Source: the human T2T-CHM13v2.0 reference genome, Homo sapiens
Strand: one strand, 5' to 3'
DNA length: 64,000 nt
NCBI RefSeq assembly: GCF_009914755.1
Contig: NC_060926.1
Below are positions 37,403-52,092 of the stretch, one piece after another. Below the pieces are notes generated by a model, which saw nothing but the letters and a program-made list of their open reading frames with translations, was not told the DNA's origin and ran no database searches. Each line of letters starts with the position of its first letter. The stretch's first letter is position 1. The position numbers and the translations under genes were made by a program.

Positions 37403-39332
37403 ATGTGCTCCACAAATCCAGGCAACTGGGTCACCTTTGATGATGATCCTGCTGTTCAATCTTCTCAAAAGTCAAAGAATTTTCCTCTGGAGAATCAAGG
37501 TGTCTGTAGACCAAATGGACTGAAGCTGAACCTTCCTGGCCTCAGGGAATTTCCCAGTGGATCTTCCTCCACCAGCAGCACTCCTCTCTCCTCCCCCATT
37601 GTAGACTTTTATTTCAGTCCAGGACCTCCAAGTAACTCTCCTCTTTCTACACCTACCAAAGACTTCCCAGGTTTTCCTGGCATCCCCAAAGCAGGGACTC
37701 ATGTGCTTTATCCTATTCCAGAATCATCTTCAGACAGCCCACTCGCAATATCAGGAGGAGAATCTTCCTTACTGCCTACCACACCAACATGTTTATCCCA
37801 TGCCTTGTTACCCAGTGACCACTCATGTACACATCCAACTCCCAAAGTAGGTCTTCCAGATGAAGTTAATCCTCAACAGGCTGAAAGCCTAGGATTCCAA
37901 AGTGATGATCTCCCCCAGTTTCAGTATTTTCGAGAGGACTGTGCTTTTTCAAGTCCATTTTGGAAAGATGAAGGCAGTGATTCCCATTTCACCCTTGACC
38001 CACCAGGAAGCAAAAAGATGTTCTCATCAAGAAACAAGGAGATGCCTATTGACCAAAAAAGCCTAAATAAGTGTTCACTCAACTATATCTGTGAGAAGCT
38101 TGAACATCTCCAGTCAGCTGAGAACCAAGACTCACTTAGAAGTTTGTCTATGCACTGTCTATGTGCTGAAGAAAATGCCTCTTCCTTTGTCCCCCACACA
38201 CTCTTCAGGAGTCAGCCAAAATCTGGATGGTCTTTCATGCTGAGAATTCCTGAGAAGAAGAATATGATGTCTTCCCGGCAATGGGGACCAATTTTTCTGA
38301 AAGTTTTGCCTGGAGGAATTTTGCAGATGTATTATGAACAGGGATTAGAAAAACCATTTAAAGAGATACAGCTTGATCCATATTGTAGGCTTTCTGAACC
38401 CAAGGTTGAGAACTTCAGTGTAGCAGGAAAAATCCACACTGTGAAGATTGAACATGTGTCTTACACAGAAAAAAGGAAATACCATTCTAAGACAGAAGTA
38501 GTTCATGAACCAGACATAGAGCAGATGTTGAAGTTGGGGTCCACATCGTACCATGACTTCCTTGACTTTCTGACTACTGTGGAGGAGGAGCTGATGAAGT
38601 TGCCAGCTGTTTCAAAACCAAAAAAGAACTACGAGGAGCAAGAAATTTCCTTGGAAATTGTGGACAACTTTTGGGGTAAAGTCACAAAAGAAGGAAAATT
38701 TGTTGAAAGTGCTGTGATAACTCAAATTTATTGCCTCTGCTTTGTGAATGGGAACCTGGAATGCTTTTTAACCTTGAATGACCTTGAGTTGCCGAAGCGA
38801 GATGAATCCTATTATGAGAAGGACTCAGAAAAAAAGGGGATTGATATTCTTGACTACCATTTTCATAAGTGTGTGAATGTACAAGAATTTGAGCAATCAA
38901 GAATCATTAAGTTTGTACCTCTGGATGCCTGCCGGTTTGAGCTGATGCGTTTCAAGACTTTGTATAATGGGGATAATCTTCCCTTTTCCTTGAAGTCTGT
39001 AGTGGTTGTCCAGGGAGCATACGTGGAACTTCAGGCTTTTGTCAACATGGCCTCATTGGCGCAGAGGTCATCCTATGCTGGTTCCTTAAGGTCCTGTGAC
39101 AATATAAGGATACACTTTCCTGTCCCATCGCAGTGGATCAAGGCCCTTTGGACCATGAACCTCCAGAGGCAGAAGTCTCTGAAAGCTAAAATGAACCGCC
39201 GAGCATGTCTGGGGAGTTTACATGAACTTGAATCTGAACCTGTCATTCAAGTCACTGTGGGGTCAGCAAAATATGAGAGTGCCTACCAGGCAGTGGTATG
39301 GAAGATAGATCGGCTTCCAGACAAAAATTCAA
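37403..39332 (+). CDS. STON1: Stonin-1 coding exon 1 (aa 1-643 plus 1 nt): WxxF-acidic motif, Pro/Ser-rich region, stonin homology domain, most of the mu-homology domain. Exon starts at 37356.
   Basis: 656-aa ORF starting MCSTNPGNWVTFDDD recognised as stonin-1. Acceptor tttttttaacag|A at 37355/37356. In-frame upstream TGA at 37376-37378 supports the ATG. Donor AA|GTAAAT at 39332/39333. Confidence 0.98.
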
Positions 39333-39828
39333 GTAAATATTCAACACCCCAAGTTTATTTTCATGGGAAATAGCTTAAATATTCTCACCTTCCTCCTTGG
39401 GTTGAAACCAGGTAGAGACAGATGGCAATTTGTCAGCTGAGGCTGTGCTTTGGGGTAGGAGATGGAACATTTAGCTAAACAGCTGGTTTATTTGTTTCCT
39501 TTCGCACCTATTTCTACCAGATAAGTTTAACTGTTGAACATTTTTTAAATATCATACGAAATACCATGCTAGGCTAGGAATTTGTTGTGGATGGCGGCAC
39601 TAAGAGAAAATTCGTTGATATCCATGGTTGAGATTAACGCATCAACTTCAAATGTTAAAAATATTTCTAATATAGCTGAGATTCCCTAATTAATCTTTAA
39701 AGATCTGTCATCCATGAATATACCTGAACTTCTTTGCATTCTCAGCCGATACCACTTCTTCCTTAGGTTTGCTCCCTGCTCTTTGAAATAAGACTGCTTT
39801 CATTTTTACCCAAATTGATTTTTGTTGA

Positions 39829-40191
<363 letters not shown>

Positions 40192-40466
40192 TGAGTGTTA
40201 AAAATTCAGTTAATTTTTAAAAATTTTGCAAATAAAAATTATCTAGAAGTCAGAACTTGAAAAGACAGTTATAGTACCACATTTATTTTGGAGTAGTAAG
40301 TAAATAGTAGTGGGCATAATATAATAAAGTCAAAAACCAAATTTTAAAATTAGAGCTCTTTCCTATTTTAGTTGAGGGTTGTTGGTTTTTTTTTTTTTTT
40401 CCCCCCTAGCAGAGCACTGGTCACTGGTCTCTGGAGTTAAATTGGAGGTGGGGTTGGGGGACCTGA

Positions 40467-40818
<352 letters not shown>

Positions 40819-40840
40819 CATCCATCCAAATCTTTACTGA

Positions 40841-41356
<516 letters not shown>

Positions 41357-42018
41357 TAACTTGAAAGCTTTTAAATCATCTCAATGTTTAGGTTTCACTT
41401 CATGCTAATTAAATCGGAATCTCTGGCGGGGGTGGGCGGTGGGGAGGGAGCCAGATTCCAAGTATTTTAAGATCTCTCCAGATATAAGGTGTAGCCAGAG
41501 GGAAGAACACTGCCCTCCAGGTGTTGTAAAGTTGTAGAACCAGAAGAACAAGCCCCAGACTACAATTGACTTGAGGGGAAGCACTGCCCGTACCCTGGAG
41601 GCCATGGGACCACCTTGTCCATGACTCTCTGTTTGTTGGTTTAACACCTGTTGACTGATGAGAGCTTGAGCTATGGGCAGGATCCTTCAGGTGACAGACA
41701 CAGGCCTAGTGAGCTGAGGAGCTCCAGGACCCTGTGCAGAAGGGAAGTTCCTACATTGTCTGTCTTCCTGACACCCCATACCCTTCTTCATTAATGCCAA
41801 ATTTCACCCCACAGCGTTCTCAAGACTCAGATTAATTATGTTCAGTTCCCCCATACTAGCAAGGATAGCTCAGGCTTAGGGCAGAGTGAGGTGGTGATGG
41901 TGCAGCCTGGTCACAGTAAATGGTCTCAAACAGCACATTCTGATCAACTCTGCTGTGATGGGAGGGAAGGTCAGTATCTTCTATGATATAATCCACTGAG
42001 ATGATGTTTCCTGCTTTC

Positions 42019-42317
42019 CTTTTTTTCTTTTTTTGGGATGGAGTGTTGCTCTGTCACCCAGGCTGGAGTGCAGTGGTGCAATCTTGGCTCACTGCAACCG
42101 CTGCCTCCTGGGTTCAAGCAATTCTAGTGGCTCAACCTCCCAAGTAGCTAGGATTACAGGCCCGCACCACCACACCCGGCTAATTTCTTGTATTTTGTGT
42201 AGAGATGGGGTTTCACCATGTTGGCCAGGCTGGTCTCGAACTCCCAACCTCAGGTGATCCACCCGCCTCGGCCTCCCAAAGTGCTGGGATTAGAGGTTTG
42301 AGCCACCGTGCCTGGCC
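42019..42317 (-). mobile_element. AluS
   Basis: TSD cctgctttc. Confidence 0.95.
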
Positions 42318-42994
42318 CCTGCTTTCTTTTATAACTTGGCTAGAGAGGCAAATTGAACCATTTGCATCATCATGCCAGAGAAACCAGTTTTAAGGTCTTC
42401 ATACAAGGTTCCAAATGGTCTATTCTAAAAGTTACTTGTGCTAGTTTTAGGTTAGAGAGTTTAAACAAAATCAGAGTATTAGCTTTTGTTTTGCTCAACA
42501 AAAAGGGAAAGAGAGGCAGGCAGAAAGTCAGGCAGGCTGGAATGCCTATTGGAAACTCCTGGATCTGCAGGTTTCCCCTGAAATCTGGGTGATAAACTAA
42601 CTCCTGTTGTTTTCCGTTGATCCTAGAGATGGTCTCGAGGACTAGAACAAAAGGTCCAAAGCAGTTTTTGCATAGACTTGAAGTGGTAATTATGCTTTTG
42701 AGAGAGAAGCACAATAGGCTCAGGCTGTGGGCTTGCCCACGTGGTGTCAGAGGGACAAGAGCACAGGCTCCCTTTGTAGTCCATTCCTATTGCTCTACTT
42801 AGAGCAGGTGCTCCGGGAGGCCCTGAAGGAAATAAGCACTTGGCTAAAGCCTGGCCAGGGTAACCACACTTATTTTTCAAACTGAGAACCCATACCAATC
42901 ATCTTTTCTAATTTTGGGAGTGCAGACACGTATGAAGCTTTTTGTGAAAATGATCCTGTTTATAATACTGCATTTTTTTCAGAGTCATTGGTGT

Positions 42995-43780
42995 AGTTAA
43001 CTGATTCAATCAACAAGAATTTATTGAGAAGGAGTCTCACTCATTTACTCCACAAACATCTACTAAAGTTCTTCTAGGTATAGGTTCTGTGCTGAGTGTT
43101 TAAGAGATACAGACACAAACATGATTCCTACTCTACCAGAAACTTAACAGTCTAGAAGGTGAGACAGACTCTGAAGCAGCTACCCAAATGCACTGTGGAA
43201 AAGTGCATAGTTCCAGGCTTGGACAAACATATGCACTTAGGGATCCCAGAGGAAAGGGTAATAAACTGCCTGGGGACTAGGGAGGGCTTCGCTGAAGAGC
43301 TGATGGCTGGGAGAGTCAATAGAGTTTCCATCAAAGAAAGAAACAGCAGAACCACAGGTGTGTGGGTGGGGGATCTTACCTAAGTTTTGGGGCTGAGGGA
43401 GTGGTCGGGGAAGAGACCAGTGTATTAAGACCTTGTGGGCCATGCTGTGGGGTGTGAAGTTTATCTGTCAACAGGGCCTCGGGGTTGTTTTCAGGCATGA
43501 CTGCTACAGAATCATATCTTGTTTCAGAAAGGCTGGCATGCAGTGCAGAGGAAAGATTTAGGAGTAGATTATAGACACAGGGAAGTTGGGAGGAGGTAAG
43601 GGTTGCTGAGCAAAGGCAGTGGCAGAGAGAGAGAGGCAAGAGATGGGTGAGCGAATTCAGGGGAGGTGCCCCTAAGTGATGACAGATTCTCTATGGGCAT
43701 GAGGGAAAGGGAGGGAATGGGACAAGGTCAGGTGCTCTGGCTGTGGTGGATAGGTGGGCAATGGTGCCATTAGCCGAGAT
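42995..43780 (-). mobile_element. L2 fragments
   Basis: attcaatcaacaagaatttattgag 3'-end motif and purine-rich body. Confidence 0.6.
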
Positions 43781-43970
43781 AGCCTGGGATCTTCTCATCA
43801 CTCATCCTTTTAAAGTCTGTTTCCCAGTCCTGGCCACATGTTAGCATCATTAAAGCTTCAAACACATACCCATATTTGGGCCCCATCCCCTACTAATCGG
43901 GCTCTATGAAGATGAGGCTCAGGTGTTGATGTTTATAAAGGCTCATGTAGCCGGGGTTGAGAACTACTGA

Positions 43971-44360
<390 letters not shown>

Positions 44361-44847
44361 TCCCATGAGTATTTATTAGCAGTGGAGCTCACCAAGAACA
44401 ATGACAAGAATGGACATTTCCAGGGAAACTGGCTGGACCTGATCTTGGCCTTCAGGAATTCTTTTGTAAAACCGTCATATCACCAGGCCCACAGAGGACA
44501 ACATTTTACAGGCATTTCAGTCAATTACACAGTGATAATTCACTGAGCAAATCCTTTGGGATCACAGCTGCTTTATTGAGATCAGGTCTGTGCACAAAGA
44601 GGAGGCCCAGGGAAAACACAGTGGGGCTGTGTCAGGTGGCGTCCAGAGGGCATGGTGCAGCTGTGGGCCTGGCTTGGGGCAGGACATTTCTGGGATTACA
44701 GGGCCCTGCCCCAAGCTTCTCCGTTGAGGGGGTAGGGAGGGCAATGCAGAGAGTGAGAGGGTGCCAGGGCAGGCTATAAGCTAATTTGCCTCTTGAGAAG
44801 TAGGGTAATAATAAGGTTGGAGCAGAGAGGAAATCTTTGTCCTAAGG

Positions 44848-44995
44848 CAGTGCTTCTCAAACTTTTGTGGGCCCAGGAATCACCTTGTTAAAATGTGGAT
44901 TTTGACTGAGCAAGTGGGATCTGGAATACTGTGTTTCTAACAAGTGCTGATGTGACGCCAATGCATCTGGCCCAAGGAATACGCTTAGAATAGCA
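44848..44995. mobile_element. MER5-like hAT element
   Basis: cagtgcttctcaaactt...tttctaacaag motifs. Confidence 0.6.
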
Positions 44996-45160
44996 GGATC
45001 CCAGAATGCATCTCTATTTTTCTATATGACTTTTAGATCAGTTGTGTATTTAGAGAACATAAAGTTTTTAAAAAGCTCTTTAAAATTTTATCCTTTTCAA
45101 GATTGTCTCGGAAAACTTTGCATTATTTGAAAAGATACTTCGAAAATGGAAACTGAATGA

Positions 45161-45422
<262 letters not shown>

Positions 45423-46649
45423 AAGAACATATAAACTAGTCTACTATGTTCTAATTATAAAACTTTTTTTTAAATTTTTTTTCCTTCCTGGGAATTTGAG
45501 GGATCAGGATTGACCTTTTTTACTGGGGAAATCACCTGTGATTTCTGGAAAGGTGGGGAGGGCTGCTGGTCCCTTAATGTCCCTTCTAACCAGCTTGTCA
45601 ATGCTTAGTATTCCTTTGACAGTGGGCAGGTCTTTCATTTTGCAACAAAGGTTTGCCTGAGGCACTAGCTCACAGACTTCATTCATACTAAGGTGTGAAT
45701 GACAGCAGAGGAGCTTAGGCTTTGTTGGGGTGATAGAGAGAGAAAGAGAAAGGAAGAAAGAGAAAGACAGCTGAAGACAAATGAGGATGCTGGTTAGCCA
45801 GAGGAGGTGTATATGGTGGCACAGAATTATTAAGGGGAATGAGAGTGGTGGAGGAGCAATTAAATATATCTACCTCTAACTTCCCAATTTTTCGACTTTT
45901 CTCTTTTTTTCTTCTGCCCTGTCATCAGCACGTTGGTTGCTCTCTCCTCCTCCACTCTGTCATCCTCTTGCTATTCTTTCCCTTCGGCCCTCTAACAGTT
46001 CAGTTTCAGGTGTAAAATATTTTGGTTCAGGAGGGACTGGATATCAACTAGACCTAAGATTTTGTGATTTACATTCCCCGTCCTAAGAAAAGGAATTATG
46101 TTGAGTGAACAATGACCAAAGCTGGACAGTTCCCCCTGGTGGTCAGCACTGCGACAACACGATTTTCCTCTATCTTTTATTCATTAATTGGTGAATTTGA
46201 AAATAATCTGTTAAGCCCCAAACATGACAGACATTGTGCTAAGGACAGACATGACACCTGTCCCTGTGGGGCAGAAAGTCTGAAGAGGGAGTGTGTTACT
46301 AAACATTGTAGAGCATTTAGCATTTTCAAAAGCCTTAAAAAATAAGCCAGAAAACTTGAAAGGAAAAAGGCTTTTACCATTTTTAAAGAAAAGCAGGTAG
46401 AAAGGTTTTGTTTCTGACATTTTTTGTACCACTAAGTCTTCAATTTGGGTTTAGTTCTTCAATTTTCATCGTAAAATTTCCCCAAATAATTTTTTCTTAT
46501 AAAGTGTGAGTATCAAATCAGATCATGTGTAGTATAATTTTTAACTCCGAATGTGTAACATTCACAGTCCCTTTATTAGCAAAATTATAGTAATTAAATA
46601 ATACTGGCTTTATAATTGAATAGCACTTTGCAAAATAATATGTCTGGCT

Positions 46650-46800
46650 CATCTATATTGCTATAGAATACTACTGCCCCAGTGCTGTATGCATATGAAC
46701 TGGTTAATCCTCACAACAGCCCTTATAAGGTTCAGGTTATCCTCATTATCCACATTTTTAGATGAAGAAACTGAGGCTCAGAGAGATAAGCAATTTGTAA
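46650..46800 (-). mobile_element. MIR
   Basis: taatcctcacaacagccct..gaaactgaggctcagagag motif. Confidence 0.7.
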
Positions 46801-47403
46801 CCCTAGCCTTAACCACTTTGCCATAACAAGACAGAAGAATGCCTGCAGTAAGTGTAAATGAACTTACTGTATCCTCACTGCAGACAGAGGACTAAAAAGA
46901 GTAATGGGGTTTGCAATCTTTCTGGGTGTGTGTGTATGAGAATGAAGTTATCACTTGCCTCCAGTGATCAGGTTGTTAAGAGCACCTCAGAGGCCACTGT
47001 TGTCCTACCCTTCCTGTAAGTGGTAGAGATGGCTAATGAGCATCTGTTGGTTAACTGATTGATGATTTCTCAAGGCTTTTTACAGCCTTAGAATTCTATT
47101 AGTCACTCTACAAGAAACAGGTTGTATGGAACGAAAGGTAATTTATCTTTTAAGAATTAAGTGAAATCCTTTAAACTCTTGTTTTTGTGCCTAAAGCTAT
47201 ATTCTGATGGAAATGCTCTTTCTCTAGCTATGTCAGTGGTACAGTAATTTAATCTGGTTCTTGAAATTACTCTTTATCTCATACATTTATTTAAGTAAAG
47301 ATAGCCACATTAGATATGGAGATGCTATGAACAATGCAACAGAATCATGGAATGTTTGTAAAGCTGCTGCAGTGATTACAATGAAAATATTGATCATTTC
47401 CTT

Positions 47404-47406
<3 letters not shown>

Positions 47407-47450
<44 letters not shown>
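47407..47450. repeat. (AC)22 microsatellite
   Basis: Direct count. Confidence 0.95.
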
Positions 47451-47452
<2 letters not shown>

Positions 47453-48019
47453 TATGACCCCCATCTAAAATCTTTGAAATATATCCAGTATCTCTGGGTC
47501 TGGCACTGAACCTGGCCTGGCATAGCACAGATGCTCAATAAGTGACAAATTGAGTGAAAACCAATATTAGATTAAAATATTAAAGGCCAATATGCCCATT
47601 TCTACTCTGTATAGCTGTTCCAGTCAAAGTATTTTGGAAGGATGAGTGAGAATTACAGTAGGGAAAAATAATTTGTTCCACTGAAAAAAGAATTCTTGGC
47701 CTGGAACATTTTCTGAAAGTTAAGTTTAACTTTTAAAAATCAGAATTTTAAAATAATGCGACTTAATTTGGGCTGAAGTTTATTTTTGAGTTATCTGTAA
47801 ATAGATGGTAAGGAAATGAATAAATTAATAATTATAAGATGTTACTCAGTCTAAGAGAAAGAGGCTTGTACAGGTCTTGAGCACATTGTAGCCAAATAAT
47901 TATGTTTAATATAAATATTACTCATATCTTTTAATTAAGGAAAACAATTAAGTTTAACCATATTACTATATTGTTTAATATAAATTAAACATTAATATTA
48001 AAAATATTGCTTAAAATAA

Positions 48020-48089
48020 ATATTTAGCAAATTATATTAGTATAATATAGTAATTATATTGTTATATACTAATATAATTTGCTAAATAT
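48020..48089. repeat. Perfect AT-rich inverted repeat, 25-bp arms, 20-nt spacer
   Basis: ATATTTAGCAAATTATATTAGTATA / TATACTAATATAATTTGCTAAATAT. Confidence 0.95.
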
Positions 48090-48442
48090 AGTAATATTTC
48101 TAATTAATATTAGTAATATTTCTAATTGAAAACATTTTTAGGAGTTCATCTGTGCCTGCATATAGTAATATATTTTTTATTTTTATATTTTTGCCATTCT
48201 TATTCAAAATAGTAATGAAGTTGTACTTGTTTTTAAAGCTAGTACTTAAAAATGGCAGACAGCTTTCCCCCTAGTTGGTGCAAAATTGTAGATTTTCATG
48301 GTATGTTGTTTAAATGGAATTTGCACTGCTGCAGTGCTAATGAAATTCCTTATTAAGGAGAGAGATGAGTGCCTTTTATGTTCAAGAGAAATGTTCAATG
48401 GCCATTAAAATACTTTGACTATTTGATTTTTTTTCCCTCGAG

Positions 48443-48645
48443 GTCTAGATCATCCCCATTGTCTGTCATACAAATTAGAGCTTGGATCAGACCAAGAAAT
48501 TCCCTCTGATTGGTATCCATTTGCTACTGTTCAGTTTTCCGTGCCTGACACCTGTGCCTCAAGGACAGAGGTCAGGTCTCTGGGAGTGGAGAGTGATGTC
48601 CAGCCACAGAAACATGTTCAGCAGCGAGCTTGCTACAACATCCAG
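48443..48645 (+). CDS. STON1: Stonin-1 coding exon 2 (203 nt; SLDHPHCLSYKLELGSDQ...QRACYNIQ)
   Basis: Acceptor ttttttccctcgag|GT, donor CAG|GTACAT. The phase-1 join A|GT gives an open frame continuing the mu-homology domain. Confidence 0.96.
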
Positions 48646-49191
48646 GTACATCCCAAAACTTCTAGAACTGTGACCTGATTTGGCTTTAAATATTTGTTTT
48701 GCTGTCTTTTGTGATCGTGTATGTGTTGTGTGTGTGTGTATATGTGTGGTGAGATTTGCCCTAGAGAGGATCTCAGCTATGGAAACTTGATGGCCACCAT
48801 TGAGCTTAGTTCTTCCTATCCATTCTGGAGAATGTTGGGAACACTTAGTAATTTAGCTCTCAATGAAAAACAGGACATTAAAAATGAATCTACATTTTAG
48901 AAGCATATTTATAATAAAAATTATGATGTTAGGACACCATTTCTCAAAATATGTGCTGCAGAACATGTGTCCCATATAATTATCCAACAAAAGAATAAGT
49001 TGGGGAATGCCGTATACTAAATTAATGTTAAATAAAGGCTCCCAAGAAGTCCTGCAATAAGGAAACTTGTTAAACTTAGTTAACCCAGTTTTTCCCAACT
49101 CATTGGCTATTGTGTCTTGTCTTTGTGGGTATGTGTATGTAAAACACTTATCCCTATCTTGTGGAATAGTGTTCTGTGGAGCATGCTTTAG

Positions 49192-49765
<574 letters not shown>

Positions 49766-49906
49766 TAAAGGAGGACATACACTTACATCTGTTTCTAAAC
49801 TTGTTTTCCCTTCTTATCCTCAAGTTTAGTAGATATATGGATGTCTCCTGCCACATATTTCCCACAGTATCTTGAAATGGTGATGCATCTTGCTGATTTT
49901 GTTTAA

Positions 49907-50204
<298 letters not shown>

Positions 50205-50343
50205 TAAAAGTATTTTTAACTAGAAAATATTTCAAAAATCACAAAAATTAAATAGTGCATTACAGACAGGTGGTTCAGTTTAGAATGTATGTTTCCCTTC
50301 TGTCTTTCACATGAGCAACATTTTATAATTTCTAATAGCATTT

Positions 50344-50412
50344 ATTTTATTTTTAAAAATTTAAATTTTGCCTGTTACACAGCCCTCAGGAGGTCCTGAG
50401 AACATGTGCCTC
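50344..50412 (-). mobile_element. Short retroposed fragment of a MER4-group (ERV1) LTR transcript with A-tail and TSD
   Basis: Minus strand GGCACATGTTCTCAGGACCTCCTGAGGGCTGTGT plus A-rich tail; TSD tc(t/a)aatagcattt. Confidence 0.6.
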
Positions 50413-50651
50413 TCAAATAGCATTTTAAAATCTATGTGTTGCTTGACTTGCAGCAAAGATTAATGCCATTCTGATTTTCTACTAATTTATTTCTATTAAA
50501 AATAGTGATATTATACATGACATCGCTAATATCAACTGGGTTTCCTATACTATAGTAATGTGAGTCAGGATTTTTCTTTATTTTGGACTATCTGTTTAGA
50601 AGTCTATGTTTGGGTCCAGTTATCTTTTTCTACTGATAAAAGTAATGATAG

Positions 50652-51021
50652 GTAGTGCTGTCCTGTGCAGCCCCTTCAGACCTGAAGGATGTATTTCCCC
50701 AGCAGGTGGGAATTGCCGCCGCTGAAGATAGCTGCCTTTCCTGAGGTCATGCCTCCTTCCTGGAATCTATGCAGGGGTGTATAGGCCCCTTTGCATCAAC
50801 TTGGGCTAACGCTGTAGGTCAGCCCAGCTTCAGCTCTCCAGGGCATGGACAGAAGCCTTCATTCTGACTACATTGCATCCCAGCTTCTCTCTCTGCCCAT
50901 TTAGCTTCATTTCCTGCCTCACTCCCCCATGAATGTTGAACTCAACGGCACTCTCCAGTAAACTTTCTGCACACAGATCTCCATCTCAGAGTTTATTTCT
51001 TGGGGAACCTGACCTATAACA
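50652..51021 (+). mobile_element. LTR16-like ERVL LTR
   Basis: 3' end ctccatctcagagt..ggggaacctgacctataaca. Confidence 0.7.
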
Positions 51022-51224
51022 CTAGGTATATATATATTATGTGTGACTGAAATGTGGGTCAAGTGGCATGGAGACTGTGTTTATACTTATTTTCCTATTC
51101 ACAGGGCATGCCAGGTTCATGCAATTTTAGTGGACAATTAAAAATTACTTTACAAAGTATCTCTTGCTTTAGTAGCATTTACTAGTTGATGTGCACCTGG
51201 TGGCAGTTTCAAAATGTTTTCTTC

Positions 51225-51515
51225 CATTTAGTAATTATCTGTTGCCAGATACTGCTCCACATGCAGGGACACAGCAGTGTGAACAGAGAGACAAAGTCCC
51301 TGTCCTCATGGAGCATAGTTTCTAGTGGGGGTAAACGAAAAATAGTTAGTAGATAAATAAATAAATAAATATGATTTCAACTAATAACAAATTCCAAGAA
51401 GGTAATAAAATAGGGTAACGGGATAGAGAGTGACTGGAGGGCTTTATCAGGGGTAGTCCTGGAGGACCTCCAGGAGGATGTGACATTTGAGCTGAGACAA
51501 AAATGATGAAGAGCA
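51225..51515 (-). mobile_element. L2 fragment
   Basis: acaaagtccctgtcctcatggagc..tgacatttgagctgaga motifs. Confidence 0.7.
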
Positions 51516-51527
51516 GATGGTTTACTA

Positions 51528-51582
51528 TTAGGTTGCTGCAAAAGTAATCACGGTTTTTGCCATTAGTTTTGCAGCAACCTAA
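51528..51582. mobile_element. MADE1 (Hsmar1 MITE), internally deleted
   Basis: TTAGGTTG(C)TGCAAAAGTAAT TIR on both sides with TA TSDs. Confidence 0.9.
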
Positions 51583-52017
51583 TAGTTTGTAGGATGGCTT
51601 GTTTCAATTAGATAATTTTGGGTGCATTATAAATCTTAAGGGGGCCAATGGCTAGATACATGATACAGCCATATATTCAGGTAGAGGGATAATTGATCAT
51701 ATGTCTAGTCAGATCTGTAAATTTTTTTTCAGTATACATATTCTGTATACATTTTATAAAAACTACGTTTGACTTAGAAGACAGTTTTGGTGCTCTTGAA
51801 GACTTGACCCTGGCGGGGAGGATTTGAGGGGCTCTGTTGTTCAAAAGGAGAGCAGAGCGCCTCACTTGGAAGCTACTGTAGGAGGGTAGAGGGCTGTGTC
51901 TGTGTCCAAAGGGTGAGGTTTGTGCAGTCTGTGCCACATGTATAAAATAGGACTGAAGAGGTGTGAGTGCTGTGTTGCATTTGTTAATGCTGCCTGTGTT
52001 TTGCTTTTGCATAACAG

Positions 52018-52092
52018 GTTGAAATAGAAAAGAAGTGGATTAAAATCGATGGAGAAGACCCAGATAAAATTGGTGACTGCATAACTCAGTAG
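52018..52092 (+). CDS. STON1: Stonin-1 last coding exon (VEIEKKWIKIDGEDPDKIGDCITQ*)
   Basis: Acceptor ttttgcttttgcataacag|GTT, phase 0, TAG at 52090-52092. Total CDS 1930+203+75=2208 nt = 735 aa. Confidence 0.96.
   Translation, partial: VEIEKKWIKIDGEDPDKIGDCITQ

Noticed and set aside
37356-39332. Exon length 1977 is a multiple of 3, suggesting endless rolling-circle translation of a circRNA
   Set aside because: An in-frame TGA at 37376-37378 stops translation 7 codons after the back-splice junction.
39333-39373. Last residues (KYSTPQVYFHGK) of the 656-aa ORF as the true C-terminus
   Set aside because: This is read-through past the donor; the spliced product gives the full 735-aa stonin-1.
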